NCBI GenBank assembly: GCA_039586365.1
Contig: JBDHKN010000008.1
Location: 26,721-90,720, forward strand
Length of the DNA: 64,000 nt
Source: Gemmatimonadota bacterium
GTDB taxonomy: Bacteria > Gemmatimonadota > Gemmatimonadetes > Gemmatimonadales > GWC2-71-9
Reading direction: 5' to 3'
Shown: piece by piece, positions 9,321-19,461 of the stretch
How the letters are laid out: each line of letters starts with the position of its first letter
How positions within the stretch are numbered: position 1 is the first letter of the stretch
Position numbers and translations under genes: made by a program
Notes under the pieces: generated by a model
Database searches by the model: none
What the model was told of the DNA's origin: nothing
Seen by the model: only the letters and a program-made list of their open reading frames with translations

Positions 9321-11378
9321 GTGTCACGGCTAGTTTCATCATTGATGCTGACGTTGGTGATCTCGAGCCCGGTTCGGGGCCAGGAGTACCTTCCGCTGTT
9401 GGATCGGCAACTGCGCGATCTGCTACACGAATCGTTGAGCGGTGAGTTGGCCAAGGATCATGTGCTCCAGATCTCGCGACACCATCGCATTCAGGGATCG
9501 CGCGGCTACCGGGCTGCCGCTCAATACGTGCTGGAGCAACTTCGCGGCCACGGCTTTACCGAAGACGAGGCCTACATCGAGTCCTTCCCGTCAGACGGTA
9601 GGGTTGCGTATCAAACTTGGCAGTCTCCTGCGGGATGGGACATCGAGTCGGCCGAACTCAGGATGGTGGAGCCATACGAGGAACGCATCGTAGGGTATCC
9701 AGAGATCGCGATGAGCTTGATGACCTACTCCAATCCTGGCGACGTGACCGCTGAGCTTGTCTGGGTCGGCAACGGTACCGGTGATACCGACTATGAGGGC
9801 AAGAACGTGGCCGGGAGATTCGTACTGGCGACTGGGTATGGGGGGGATGTGCATCGTCTTGCGGTGCTCAAGTACGGAGCTGCCGCAGTGGTTGCGTACT
9901 TGGACGATGAGCGTGCCAGAGAGTACCCCGACATGCTTCAGTACACCGGTATGTGGCCACGTAGCGAGGAATTGGGCCGCGTCACCTTCGGCTTCAACCT
10001 CACCAATCGTCAGGGCGTAAAACTCCGCGACATGTTGCTTTCCGAACAACGTGTTGTGCTCAGAGGCCAAGTTGCTGGTATCGGTCTCGAGTCATACTTC
10101 ATGGACGCGGTGGTAGGCTGGATTCCGGGTGCGGACCACGCCGAAGAGGTACTGGTATTCTGTGCACACTTGGATCACCCCAAGGAATCAGCCAACGACA
10201 ATGCAAGTGGTTCCGCCGCAATCCTGGATATTGCGATCGCTGTGAAGCGACTGATCGACGATGGTCGGCTGCCACGGCCGAAACGGTCGTTGATGTTCCT
10301 CTGGATTGCTGAATGGAACGGCACGATGGCCTACATTGACCGGCACCCGGAAATGCAGGGCCCGGCTCTGGGCGGCGGGTACCTCGTGAACTTGAATCTG
10401 GACATGGTCGGCGAGAACCTTGAGTTACTGCATTCTCGCATGAACGTCACACGCCTGCCTGCTTCGTTGCCGTCGACCGTGAGTGATGTGGTTGCCAACA
10501 TGGCCGAGATGGTTAGTCGTATGGACATTCGCACACCCAGGGGAAGCCAGTCCGACTTGAACTTCAGGATCACACCATACAGCGGTGGTTCTGATCACAT
10601 GATGTTCATCGACCGCAAGATCCCGGGCATCATGATCGGTCACAGTGACTATACACATCACACATCCGAGGACACCCCCGACAAGGTGGATCCCGTAGAA
10701 TTGGAACGGAGCGAGATAATAGCTGCTGCGACCACGCTGTACCTCTCAGACCTGACAGCAGAGCAAGCGGTCGATCTCGTGTATTTGACGGGTTCCAACG
10801 GTGCGCAACGGCTTGGGGAGGTGGGGCGTCGCGCAAGCCGGCAAATGCACCTTGCAGGGCGGGAGAAGGAAGCAGCGGGAGGGTCATGGTTCGAGGTCGA
10901 GAACGCTGTGTCACGCGCTGCGGGATGGGAGCGAGAGGCGGTGAGTTCCGTGCTTCACTTCAACAGTGCTGCCATGGTACAGCGTGCAGTGGAAGCGGTG
11001 CAACAGCAACTCAAGCAACAGGAGAAGAGCCTGCTTGCGACATTGCACGCCGAGGCAGCGGCCACAGGGATTGAGCTCGATCCTACAGCCATGCGACAAA
11101 CAGATGAGCGGGTTCCCGTACGGCTGACGCGGGGACCGTTGGATTCTGCACTCCCAGTGAGCCACCTACCGGCGGCGGATGCAGCCTGGTACGCTTCGCG
11201 GGAGTTCAACTTGACGGGAGACGAGAGATTCGAACTGGTGAACTTCATCGACGGCACGCGGTCCGTCTCAGATATCAGGGATGCGCTGAGCGCGGAGTTC
11301 AGGCCCATTCAGACGCAAGTTGTGGCACGGTATCTGAGCGATCTCGTACGGGTGGGGGTCGTGGGTTGGAGGCAATGA
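9321..11378 (+). CDS. Secreted M28 family metallopeptidase with PA domain
   Basis: AHLDH, ANDNASGSA, LNLDMVG, GGSDH, HHTSEDT; AGGAG RBS before GTG 9321. Confidence 0.85.
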   Translation: MSRLVSSLMLTLVISSPVRGQEYLPLLDRQLRDLLHESLSGELAKDHVLQISRHHRIQGSRGYRAAAQYVLEQLRGHGFTEDEAYIESFPSDGRVAYQTWQSPAGWDIESAELRMVEPYEERIVGYPEIAMSLMTYSNPGDVTAELVWVGNGTGDTDYEGKNVAGRFVLATGYGGDVHRLAVLKYGAAAVVAYLDDERAREYPDMLQYTGMWPRSEELGRVTFGFNLTNRQGVKLRDMLLSEQRVVLRGQVAGIGLESYFMDAVVGWIPGADHAEEVLVFCAHLDHPKESANDNASGSAAILDIAIAVKRLIDDGRLPRPKRSLMFLWIAEWNGTMAYIDRHPEMQGPALGGGYLVNLNLDMVGENLELLHSRMNVTRLPASLPSTVSDVVANMAEMVSRMDIRTPRGSQSDLNFRITPYSGGSDHMMFIDRKIPGIMIGHSDYTHHTSEDTPDKVDPVELERSEIIAAATTLYLSDLTAEQAVDLVYLTGSNGAQRLGEVGRRASRQMHLAGREKEAAGGSWFEVENAVSRAAGWEREAVSSVLHFNSAAMVQRAVEAVQQQLKQQEKSLLATLHAEAAATGIELDPTAMRQTDERVPVRLTRGPLDSALPVSHLPAADAAWYASREFNLTGDERFELVNFIDGTRSVSDIRDALSAEFRPIQTQVVARYLSDLVRVGVVGWRQ

Positions 11379-11424
11379 TGGCAGATGGTTGGCAAACACG
11401 AAACTGACGAAGGAGGTCGCACAG

Positions 11425-11646
11425 GTGCCACTGATCAAGAAGCCTAGTAAAAGGAAGCGGGCGGTGAAACGTGCCAAGAAGGCAGTCTCCGGAGCCAAGA
11501 AGAAGGCTCGCAAGACGGTCAAACGTGCTAAGAAGGCGGGTTCAGCGGCTCAGAAGAAAGTGAAGAAGACTGTTGGCCGGGCAAAGAAAGCCGTCAAGAA
11601 GGTCCGTAAGAAGGCTGCGAAGACAGTCCGGCGCATCAAGAAGTAG
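11425..11646 (+). CDS. Lys/Ala/Arg-rich histone H1-like basic protein
   Basis: AGGAGG RBS then GTG 11425; repeated (V)KRAKKA/KKA units, no acidic residues. Confidence 0.7.
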   Translation: MPLIKKPSKRKRAVKRAKKAVSGAKKKARKTVKRAKKAGSAAQKKVKKTVGRAKKAVKKVRKKAAKTVRRIKK

Positions 11647-11649
11647 ACG

Positions 11650-11806
11650 GGGTGGTTGACGGCGGCGGCCTTCCAAGTGGGCTCAGCCGGTTGTGTCCTA
11701 GACCTCGCGAGTAGACGCGGAAGGTCCCGAGACTTCCGCCCAACTCGTTGGCTCGGCGTCAGGAGCCGCTACCGGATTGCGCTTGATTGCCGCCGCCGTG
11801 ACTCAC
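11650..11806. ncRNA. Candidate structured RNA, 6S-like rod
   Basis: Perfect 11-bp closing stem ACGGCGGCGGC/GCCGCCGCCGT with nested CAAG/CTTG, CCGGT/ACCGG, CGAGT/ACTCG and GCGGAAG/CTTCCGC stems and a central bubble. Confidence 0.45.
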
Positions 11807-11909
11807 TTGCCACTGGGATGAGCGACAGTGGTGGAATGCCACATCACAAGGGAGACACCAAGCCCGCAAGCACTTGAGTGTCTGTGCACCCCCGTGCCCA
11901 CGTGATGAT

Positions 11910-12842
11910 CTAGTTGCCGCTCCAACTCCCCCAATCCAACTCCAGCAGAGTCAGCGGATTCACTGTCACTGTCCCGTAGCGGACCTGCCAATGTAGGTGG
12001 GGACCGGTGACTCTGCCACTCGCCCCGACCCGGCCGATGATTTGACCCGCATCTACGGTGTCACCGACAGCGACGGAGATCTCACTCAGATGCATATAGG
12101 CCGTGAGCAATCCACGGCCGTGATCCAAGTAGACGAGGCCACCCGCGTAGTAAAAATCTCCCACCAGGGCGACCATTCCTCGGTTGGTCGCAACGACGGG
12201 GTCGCCGAAGTCGCCATCGAGGTCCACTCCCATGTGCTGGCTGCGAAGTTGCCCATTGAACTCGCGCCGCTGCCCGTACTCGCTTGTGATCCTGTCCGCC
12301 TTGGGGATCACAAACCCTGGTAGCCAGAGTCTACTGGTCTCGTGTGAACGCTGCAGAATCGCCCGCACTGAATCGGCCTCAGCGGCAATTCGGGTGGCGA
12401 GTGCCGAATCGGGAGGGGTGGTGAAGCGCGGATCTACACTCAGCTTTGTGACTGAGAAAACGCCCTCGGCGACCGGCAAGTAGGTGAAGAACTGCTTCAG
12501 TGTCCCCTGGTCGCTCATGAATGTCAGGGCCAGCTGTATACTATCTCGCGTGTTGATCGGGATACCGGCTAGCGAATGAAAAAGCCCATCATCACCAGGT
12601 TCGAAATGCAACGGCTGGCCGGCAAGGGCGCCGCTTGGGGTCAGATTGCCATCCGACGCCTTGAGGTTTCCCTCAGGTCGTATGGTTATCCAGACGATGG
12701 ATCCCTGGGTTGGCTTCGGCGGGTCCCAACGCACCTCGGTCTTCAAGGTGTCGGGGTTCCCCGAGGCACCACCAGTGACGCCCTGGGCCGCAAGCAGTAG
12801 CAGGAGGTTGGCCGATACCGTCATGGCAACAAGATAGCGCAA
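11910..12842 (-). CDS. M23 family metallopeptidase
   Basis: HMGVD, YMHL, GRVTGPHLHW; signal peptide. Confidence 0.9.
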   Translation of the reverse strand: MRYLVAMTVSANLLLLLAAQGVTGGASGNPDTLKTEVRWDPPKPTQGSIVWITIRPEGNLKASDGNLTPSGALAGQPLHFEPGDDGLFHSLAGIPINTRDSIQLALTFMSDQGTLKQFFTYLPVAEGVFSVTKLSVDPRFTTPPDSALATRIAAEADSVRAILQRSHETSRLWLPGFVIPKADRITSEYGQRREFNGQLRSQHMGVDLDGDFGDPVVATNRGMVALVGDFYYAGGLVYLDHGRGLLTAYMHLSEISVAVGDTVDAGQIIGRVGASGRVTGPHLHWQVRYGTVTVNPLTLLELDWGSWSGN

Positions 12843-13023
12843 TCAACTGCACTCTGTCCCCCCCGTGCTTCGGAATGAATGCAGTCTGCGGGCGATTTGG
12901 TATCTTGATGTATCCGAAGACCGTCCCCTGGTCCTGACGGTGGCCCTCCTAGCCACTCAGGTGTCTGTGTGACGGCGCTATTTGGGCGACCGCTGGAATT
13001 CACCTTGCTGGAGATCAGTCATC

Positions 13024-15957
13024 ATGAATCGTCTTACATCGTTGTTAGCAGCGAGTTTGCTGGCATTACCCGTTGTGGCGGATGCGCAGCAGAAGCGTGC
13101 GCTGGACCACGACGCCTACGACAGCTGGAACCGCATCCAAGGGCAGGTCCTCTCAGATGACGGTAGGTGGGTATTGTACACGGTGAGCCCCCAGGAGGGA
13201 GATGGCGAGCTCTATGTGAATGCGCTACGCTCCGAGACCTCCTACGTGGTGCCACGTGGAGAGTCGGCACAGTTCACCGAGGACAACCGGTTCGTTGTGT
13301 TCCTCATCAAGCCGGAGCTGGCTCTGGTGCGCGAGTCTCAGAAAGAGGGGGCACGGCAGGATGCACAGCCGAAAGACTCGCTCGGAATTCTGGATCTGGC
13401 ATCCGGTGAGACAACCAAGGTCGAGCGCGTGAAGTCATTCGCGCTTCCGGAGGAGGCCGGCGGATGGGTGGCCTATCTGTTGGAAGCGCCAGTGGAGGAG
13501 GATACGACTGCGGCTGAAGGTGAAGAGGCTCCGGCGAGACCTGTGGCGGGGAGAAGACCTAGAGGGCCGGGGGGAAGGGCCGGCAGATCCGGCGGTGGGA
13601 CCGAAAAGCAGGACGGAACAGGACTCGTTTTGCGTAACCTCTCGTCCGGGGCGGCGCAGCAGTTCGAGAAGGCGTTGGCCTACGTGTTCGCCAAGGACGG
13701 CGGGCATCTTGCCTACACCGCAGCGAGTAAGGACAGCACCGCCGACGGCGCATTTGTGATCGCGACGGCGGATGGGAGCGTCACGACGATGCTCGCGGGC
13801 GCCGGTGACTACAAATCGGCCACGTTCGATGAAGCAGGCGAGCAAATAGCCTTCCTCTCGAACCGCGACGATTACGCGTCCAAGCAACCTTCGTTCACAC
13901 TCTACTATTGGCGCCCCGGCTCAGAAACGGCTGAGGCGCTCCTGACTGAAGGAGCCGACGGAATCCCGGACGGTTGGTGGGTGAGTGAGAATGGCGACGT
14001 CTCGTTTTCTGACAACGGCGAGCGGCTCTTCTTCGGAACGGCCCCGAGGCCCGAGCCGGAGCCCGAAGAGGAACCTCAAGACTGGGAGCAGGTCGAAGTC
14101 GACGTCTGGAACTGGCAGGACCCGCTGTTGCAGCCGATGCAGCTGGTGCGGCGGAACCAGGAATCGACGCGGACCTACGAGGCGGTGGTGCACCTCTCCG
14201 ACGGGAGTATCGTGCAACTCGCCGATGTAGATGTGCCTGAAGTGACTGTCGGGACGGACGGCAACGCGGGTGTGGCAGTTGCTTCTACTGACATGCCATA
14301 TCGCAAGGAGATCTCTTGGGAGTCTCCCGGTTTCAACGACGTCTACGCAATTGATGTAAACACCGGTGCGCGCAAGATGCTGCTGGAGAAGCTACAGGGG
14401 AGGGGAGCCCAGCTTTCACCGGATGCCAAGTACATCACCTGGTGGGACGGACACGCGTTGGCGTGGTTCGCTATGGACGTGAATGGCGGCGAGCCTGTGA
14501 ATCTGACGAGCCAAATCCCACATCCGGTATTCAACAAGTTGGACGACCGGCCGCAGATACCGGGGTCTTACGGTAGTGGGGGGTGGACCGAGGATGATCG
14601 GTTCTTCCTGGTGTACGACGAGTTCGACATCTGGGTCACCGATCCGACAGGTCAACAGGCGCCGCGTAGCATCACCGAGGGAGTCGGGCGCAGGGACAAC
14701 CTGAGGTTTCGCTACGTGCCGGTGGACCAGGAACAGGATCAGGTTGACGAAACTGAGTCGATCATACTCAGTGCTTTCGATCTCGGTACCAAGGATGCTG
14801 GTTTCTACCGTGATCGAATCCGCGGTGATCGGCAACCCGAGCTTCTAACAATGGAGCCGAAGTCGTTCGGCCGATTCGGTGGTGGATTTGGTGGCGGGTT
14901 CGGTGGTGGGGGCTTGAGAAAGGCCGAGGATGCCGACTTGGTGCTCCTCACGCGCTCTAGCTTCGACGAGTTCCCCAATCTCTGGGTGAGCGACCTCTCG
15001 TTCTCGGAGATGGAGCAGGTGAGCGACGCGAACCCGCAAATGGCCGACTACTTATGGGGGTCGGCCGAGTTGACTTACTGGCAGTCTACTGATGGCAAGG
15101 ATCTCGCCGGCATCCTCATCAAGCCAGAGAACTTCGATCCATCGAAGCAGTATCCCATGATGGTTTACTTCTACGAGAAGAACTCCGATGGGCTGCATTC
15201 TTTCCGGCAGCCATTCGGAGGCGGCTCCAGCGTGAGCCTGAGTTTCTACGCCAGTCGTGGCTATGTGGTGTTCGTGCCGGACATCCACTACATGGACGGT
15301 TATCCGGGCGAGAGCGCGTTCGACTGTATCGTGCCTGGCGTGTTGAGCATCGTGGCCGAGGGGTTCGTGGATCCGGCGCGCATCGGTGTGCAGGGTCATA
15401 GCTGGGGCGGCTACCAGATAGCGTATCTCGTGACCAAAACCAACATCTTCGCGGCCGCGGAGGCCGGCGCGCCTGTGGTTAACATGACCAGCGCATACGG
15501 TGGGATTCGCTGGGGCACTGGAATGAGCCGTATGTTCCAATACGAACGGACCCAGAGCCGGATCGGCGGAACCTTGTGGGACAAACTGCCGCGATACATT
15601 GAGAATTCACCGCTGTTCTGGGCCGACAAGGTAGAGACTCCGGTGTTGATGCTCCACAACGACGAAGACACCGCCGTGCCTTGGTATCAGGGAATCGAGT
15701 ATTTCGTTGCTCTACGCCGCTTGAACAAGCCGGTTTGGATGCTGAATTACAACGGCGAGCCACACGGCTTGCGCAAGTACCAGAACCAGAAGGACTGGCA
15801 GGTCAGGATGCAGCAGTTCTTCGACCACTATCTGATGGATGCTCCGGCGCCCGTGTGGTTGGCTGAGGGGGTGCCTGCTGTGATGAAAGGCAAGACGCTA
15901 GGACTGGAGCTCGTGGGCGAGCAGACAAGAACCGCCGGCAGCGGGAACAATCCGTAG
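13024..15957 (+). CDS. Large secreted S9 prolyl-oligopeptidase family protein (paralog 1)
   Basis: Signal peptide, GHSWGG, HNDED.AVP, GEPHG; GGAG RBS before ATG 13024. Confidence 0.92.
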   Translation: MNRLTSLLAASLLALPVVADAQQKRALDHDAYDSWNRIQGQVLSDDGRWVLYTVSPQEGDGELYVNALRSETSYVVPRGESAQFTEDNRFVVFLIKPELALVRESQKEGARQDAQPKDSLGILDLASGETTKVERVKSFALPEEAGGWVAYLLEAPVEEDTTAAEGEEAPARPVAGRRPRGPGGRAGRSGGGTEKQDGTGLVLRNLSSGAAQQFEKALAYVFAKDGGHLAYTAASKDSTADGAFVIATADGSVTTMLAGAGDYKSATFDEAGEQIAFLSNRDDYASKQPSFTLYYWRPGSETAEALLTEGADGIPDGWWVSENGDVSFSDNGERLFFGTAPRPEPEPEEEPQDWEQVEVDVWNWQDPLLQPMQLVRRNQESTRTYEAVVHLSDGSIVQLADVDVPEVTVGTDGNAGVAVASTDMPYRKEISWESPGFNDVYAIDVNTGARKMLLEKLQGRGAQLSPDAKYITWWDGHALAWFAMDVNGGEPVNLTSQIPHPVFNKLDDRPQIPGSYGSGGWTEDDRFFLVYDEFDIWVTDPTGQQAPRSITEGVGRRDNLRFRYVPVDQEQDQVDETESIILSAFDLGTKDAGFYRDRIRGDRQPELLTMEPKSFGRFGGGFGGGFGGGGLRKAEDADLVLLTRSSFDEFPNLWVSDLSFSEMEQVSDANPQMADYLWGSAELTYWQSTDGKDLAGILIKPENFDPSKQYPMMVYFYEKNSDGLHSFRQPFGGGSSVSLSFYASRGYVVFVPDIHYMDGYPGESAFDCIVPGVLSIVAEGFVDPARIGVQGHSWGGYQIAYLVTKTNIFAAAEAGAPVVNMTSAYGGIRWGTGMSRMFQYERTQSRIGGTLWDKLPRYIENSPLFWADKVETPVLMLHNDEDTAVPWYQGIEYFVALRRLNKPVWMLNYNGEPHGLRKYQNQKDWQVRMQQFFDHYLMDAPAPVWLAEGVPAVMKGKTLGLELVGEQTRTAGSGNNP

Positions 15958-15982
15958 CTGGCCCCGGCTCGACCGTACAATA

Positions 15983-16016
15983 GACAGGGGACCCTCGGGT
16001 GTGAGGCTCCCCTGTT
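15983..16016 (+). terminator. Terminator-like hairpin
   Basis: ACAGGGGA-C-CCTC / GAGG-C-TCCCCTGT just after the peptidase stop. Confidence 0.5.
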
Positions 16017-16545
16017 GACGCTGGGTCCACGGGCGCAGAGCGTCCAGCAGATGAGCTTGGCCGCTGCGACACCGACCCAGACATGCCACTGGAGAGCGTG
16101 GCCGGACATGCCACGAGCGGCTGCCTGGCCTTCCCCGCCGGCAGGTCCCACTCGTCAGACCACTAGGCGGCTTCGACCTCGCGCCACTTGATTGCGAGGG
16201 CTGTGGCCCAGGCAGAAGGGGTCAGCTCGTGGTCTCCCTCTACGTCGTCAAGAACCTGCTCCAAGTGGCAGGAACTTCCTGCCGAGCAGATTCGCCCGTT
16301 CCCCGGAGCGCAGTTAGAATCTCTCCGATGGCAGTGCTGCGAGAGGAATGGCGCCGCAGTTGGCGGAGAAGCGAGTTAGGGCGTTTCCAGCAACGCCTTT
16401 GCATCCACGAGGCCTGTGTCCGGCCACCTCATGAGGCCGAGATGCGATATGCAGTCCCACCCGGAGTCGCATCCCTAGCTATCTTGCATGCGCCTGAAGT
16501 TGGCAGCTTCCATCTGACACGAAAGCACAACGGAGATCCGTTACC

Positions 16546-19377
16546 ATGCACCGCAGCACTCTCTACTCGGCTGCAGTCCTGCTGTTGTCCCCGCTGGCAG
16601 CCATGGCGCAGGCCAAGCGACCACTTGATCATGACGCCTACGACATCTGGAAGGCCGTAGAGAACGAATCAGTTTCAAACGATGGCCGGTGGATGTTGTA
16701 CTCGCTCAAGCTGCAATATGGCGATTCCGAACTGAAGGTCCACGATCTCAGGTCGGACGTCACATATTCGATACCCAGGGCAAAATCGGCGCAGTTCACT
16801 CACGACAGCCGCTTCGTAGTCGCTCTGGTGGCGCCGGAACAAGCGCTGGTCAAGCAAGCGAAGCGGCAGAAGAAGACGAGCGACGAGCAGCCCAAGGACT
16901 CTCTCGCGGTGCTCGATCTCGCTACGGGCGAGTTCTTCCGCGCCGAGGAGGTACGGTCCTTCAAGCTGCCAAGAGATGCGGGTGGCTGGGTTGCGTATCT
17001 GTTGGAGGAGGCTCAGCAGGTGCAACAAGAGGAACAGCCGCAGGAAGAGCAGGAAAGCGAGGGAAAAGAGAACGACAAGAAGGTCGGATCTGTGCTCGTG
17101 TTGCGCGACCTCGCAGCAGGCTCCGAAGTGCGCTACGAAGTCGTTACTGAATACGCTCTTGCGCCGCAAGGTCAGCGACTTGCCTACGCCACGTCCAGCA
17201 AAGACGGATCGGCCGACGGTGTGTTCGTTGTGGATCTGGAGAACGGGTCTGGGACTGCGATTCTAGCGGGTGAGGGCTCGTACAAGAGCCTGTCGTTTGC
17301 TGAGAGTGGAGACCAGTTAGCGTTTCTCTCCAACCGAGATGACTACGAGGCCGACCAGCCTGCTTTCACTCTGTATCACTGGCGATCGGGGACAGACGTA
17401 GCGAACGCGTTGGCCACGGAGGGGGTCTCTGGTCTGCCGGAAGGTTGGTGGGTGAGTGAGCACGGCGACCTTTCGTTCTCAGAGAATGGAGCCAGGCTGT
17501 TCTTCGCTTCGGCACGAAGGCCTGAGCCGGCGGTGGAGGATAGTACGCTCGACGAGGACCGGGTAGAGGTAGAGATATGGCATTGGAAAGATCCCCTGCT
17601 GCAACCGATGCAGGCCTTGCAGGTGAGCAGTGAGCTCACGCGTGCGTACCGGGCGGTCGCTCATCTCGCTGAGGGTGCGGTCGTTCAGTTGGCGACGGAG
17701 GACGTGCCGGAAATAGACCTGGTTCAGCAGGGCAACGCCGACTTCGTGTTGGGCACGAGTGGGTTGCCCTACCGGCAACTCATCTCGTGGGATTCTCCGG
17801 CCTACCAGGACGTCTACACAGTCGATGTGCAGACCGGCGAGAGCCGCTTAGTACTGGAGAAGTTGCAGGGGGACGCGAACGTGTCTCCGGGTGGGAGGTA
17901 CGTGTTTTGGTGGAACAACGTTGAGCTTGCCTGGTTTGCTCACAGTATCGATGACGATCAAGTCGTCAACCTGACTGCCGGGCTGCCGTACCCGACCCAC
18001 AACGAGGACCATGATTGGCCCTACAGGCCTGGCGCATACGGCATTGCAGGTTGGACGGACGGCGACGAAGAACTTCTCGTGTACGACCGCTACGACATAT
18101 GGGCGGTCGATCCCGAGGGACGGAGCGCTCCACGCAACGTGACCGATGGCTTGGGGCGGCGAGACAGCCTGCAGTTTCGTTACGTGCAGCTCGATCCAGA
18201 GGCCCGATCGATATCGCCGGGAAAGCCGATGCTGCTGGAGGCGTTCAACAGAAAGACCAAGTCCGCCGGTTTCTATCGGGACAGAGTCCGGGGCGACAGT
18301 CAGCCGAGGGAGTTGGTGTATGCCGATCGGCGCTTCTCTAATCCGACCAAGGCCAAGGATGCGGACGTTCTGATGTTCACGCGGCAGAGCGTCGAGGAGT
18401 TCCCCGATCTGTGGGTGAGCGATACGGACTTCCGCAGCACGCGAAAGGTGAGCAATGCCAATCCGCAACAATTCGAGTATCGCTGGGCCGCGGTTGAGTT
18501 GGTCGAGTGGAATTCGGTGGACGGAATCCCGCTGCAGGGCCTACTCTACAAGCCCAGTGACTTCGATCCGTCCCAGAAGTACCCCATGATGGTGACCTTC
18601 TACGAAAAGGATTCCGATAATCTGTATGCACACCATCCGCCGATTCCGCATCGCTCGGTTGTGCGCCCGACCTTCTATGCCAGCCGGGGGTACGTCGTGT
18701 TCGTGCCGGACATCGTCTACCAGGTTGGCTATCCTGGCGAGAGCGCGATGGATTGCATCGTTCCCGGAGTATTGGAGCTGGTTAGCCGTGGCTTTGTAGA
18801 TGAGAGCGCCATCGGCGTTCAAGGGCATAGTTGGGGCGGGTATCAGATAACCTACATGGTGACGAGGACCGATCTGTTCGCAGCCGCGGCCGGCGGTGCG
18901 CCCGTGTCCAACATGATCAGCGCCTACGGCGGCATCCGCTGGGGCTCGGGGATGAGCCGGATGTTCCAATACGAGAAAACTCAGAGCCGGATTGGTGCGA
19001 CGTTGTGGGAGGCACCCATCCGTTACATCGAGAACTCCCCCATCTTCTGGGCTGACAAGGTGAAGACTCCCCTGATGATGATGCACAACGATCATGATCA
19101 TGCCGTGCCGTGGTACCAGGGGATAGAGATGTTCGTGGCACTGCGCAGACTCGGGAAGCCGGCTTGGCTAGTGAACTACGTTGGCGAGCTCCACTGGCCC
19201 CAAGATTTCCACGAGAGGCGGGACTGGAACATCCGGATGCAACAGTTCTTCGATCACTATCTGACAGGTGCGCCGCCGCCGGTCTGGCTGGCTGAAGGAA
19301 TTCCCGCTATTCGCAAGGGCAAGACGTTGGGAATTGAACTGGTGGCCGGGACCGAGCCCGCTGGAGCCAGGCACTAG
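16546..19377 (+). CDS. Large secreted S9 peptidase (paralog 2)
   Basis: GHSWGG, HNDHD.AVP, GELH; colinear with paralog 1. Confidence 0.92.
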   Translation: MHRSTLYSAAVLLLSPLAAMAQAKRPLDHDAYDIWKAVENESVSNDGRWMLYSLKLQYGDSELKVHDLRSDVTYSIPRAKSAQFTHDSRFVVALVAPEQALVKQAKRQKKTSDEQPKDSLAVLDLATGEFFRAEEVRSFKLPRDAGGWVAYLLEEAQQVQQEEQPQEEQESEGKENDKKVGSVLVLRDLAAGSEVRYEVVTEYALAPQGQRLAYATSSKDGSADGVFVVDLENGSGTAILAGEGSYKSLSFAESGDQLAFLSNRDDYEADQPAFTLYHWRSGTDVANALATEGVSGLPEGWWVSEHGDLSFSENGARLFFASARRPEPAVEDSTLDEDRVEVEIWHWKDPLLQPMQALQVSSELTRAYRAVAHLAEGAVVQLATEDVPEIDLVQQGNADFVLGTSGLPYRQLISWDSPAYQDVYTVDVQTGESRLVLEKLQGDANVSPGGRYVFWWNNVELAWFAHSIDDDQVVNLTAGLPYPTHNEDHDWPYRPGAYGIAGWTDGDEELLVYDRYDIWAVDPEGRSAPRNVTDGLGRRDSLQFRYVQLDPEARSISPGKPMLLEAFNRKTKSAGFYRDRVRGDSQPRELVYADRRFSNPTKAKDADVLMFTRQSVEEFPDLWVSDTDFRSTRKVSNANPQQFEYRWAAVELVEWNSVDGIPLQGLLYKPSDFDPSQKYPMMVTFYEKDSDNLYAHHPPIPHRSVVRPTFYASRGYVVFVPDIVYQVGYPGESAMDCIVPGVLELVSRGFVDESAIGVQGHSWGGYQITYMVTRTDLFAAAAGGAPVSNMISAYGGIRWGSGMSRMFQYEKTQSRIGATLWEAPIRYIENSPIFWADKVKTPLMMMHNDHDHAVPWYQGIEMFVALRRLGKPAWLVNYVGELHWPQDFHERRDWNIRMQQFFDHYLTGAPPPVWLAEGIPAIRKGKTLGIELVAGTEPAGARH

Positions 19378-19461
19378 TGCTCCGCCGATCCAGCCAGGAG
19401 GGACGGCACCTGTGGATCTAGCCGGTGTAGCAAACGGACTCTTGTGCAAAGGCAGGGATGA

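Noticed and set aside
16017..16545. Genes in the gap between the S9 paralogs (ORFs at 16188 and 16229; a minus-strand tail ending WREVEAA*)
   Set aside because: No recognisable family or convincing RBS; only small palindromes such as GGCAGGAACTTCCTGCC
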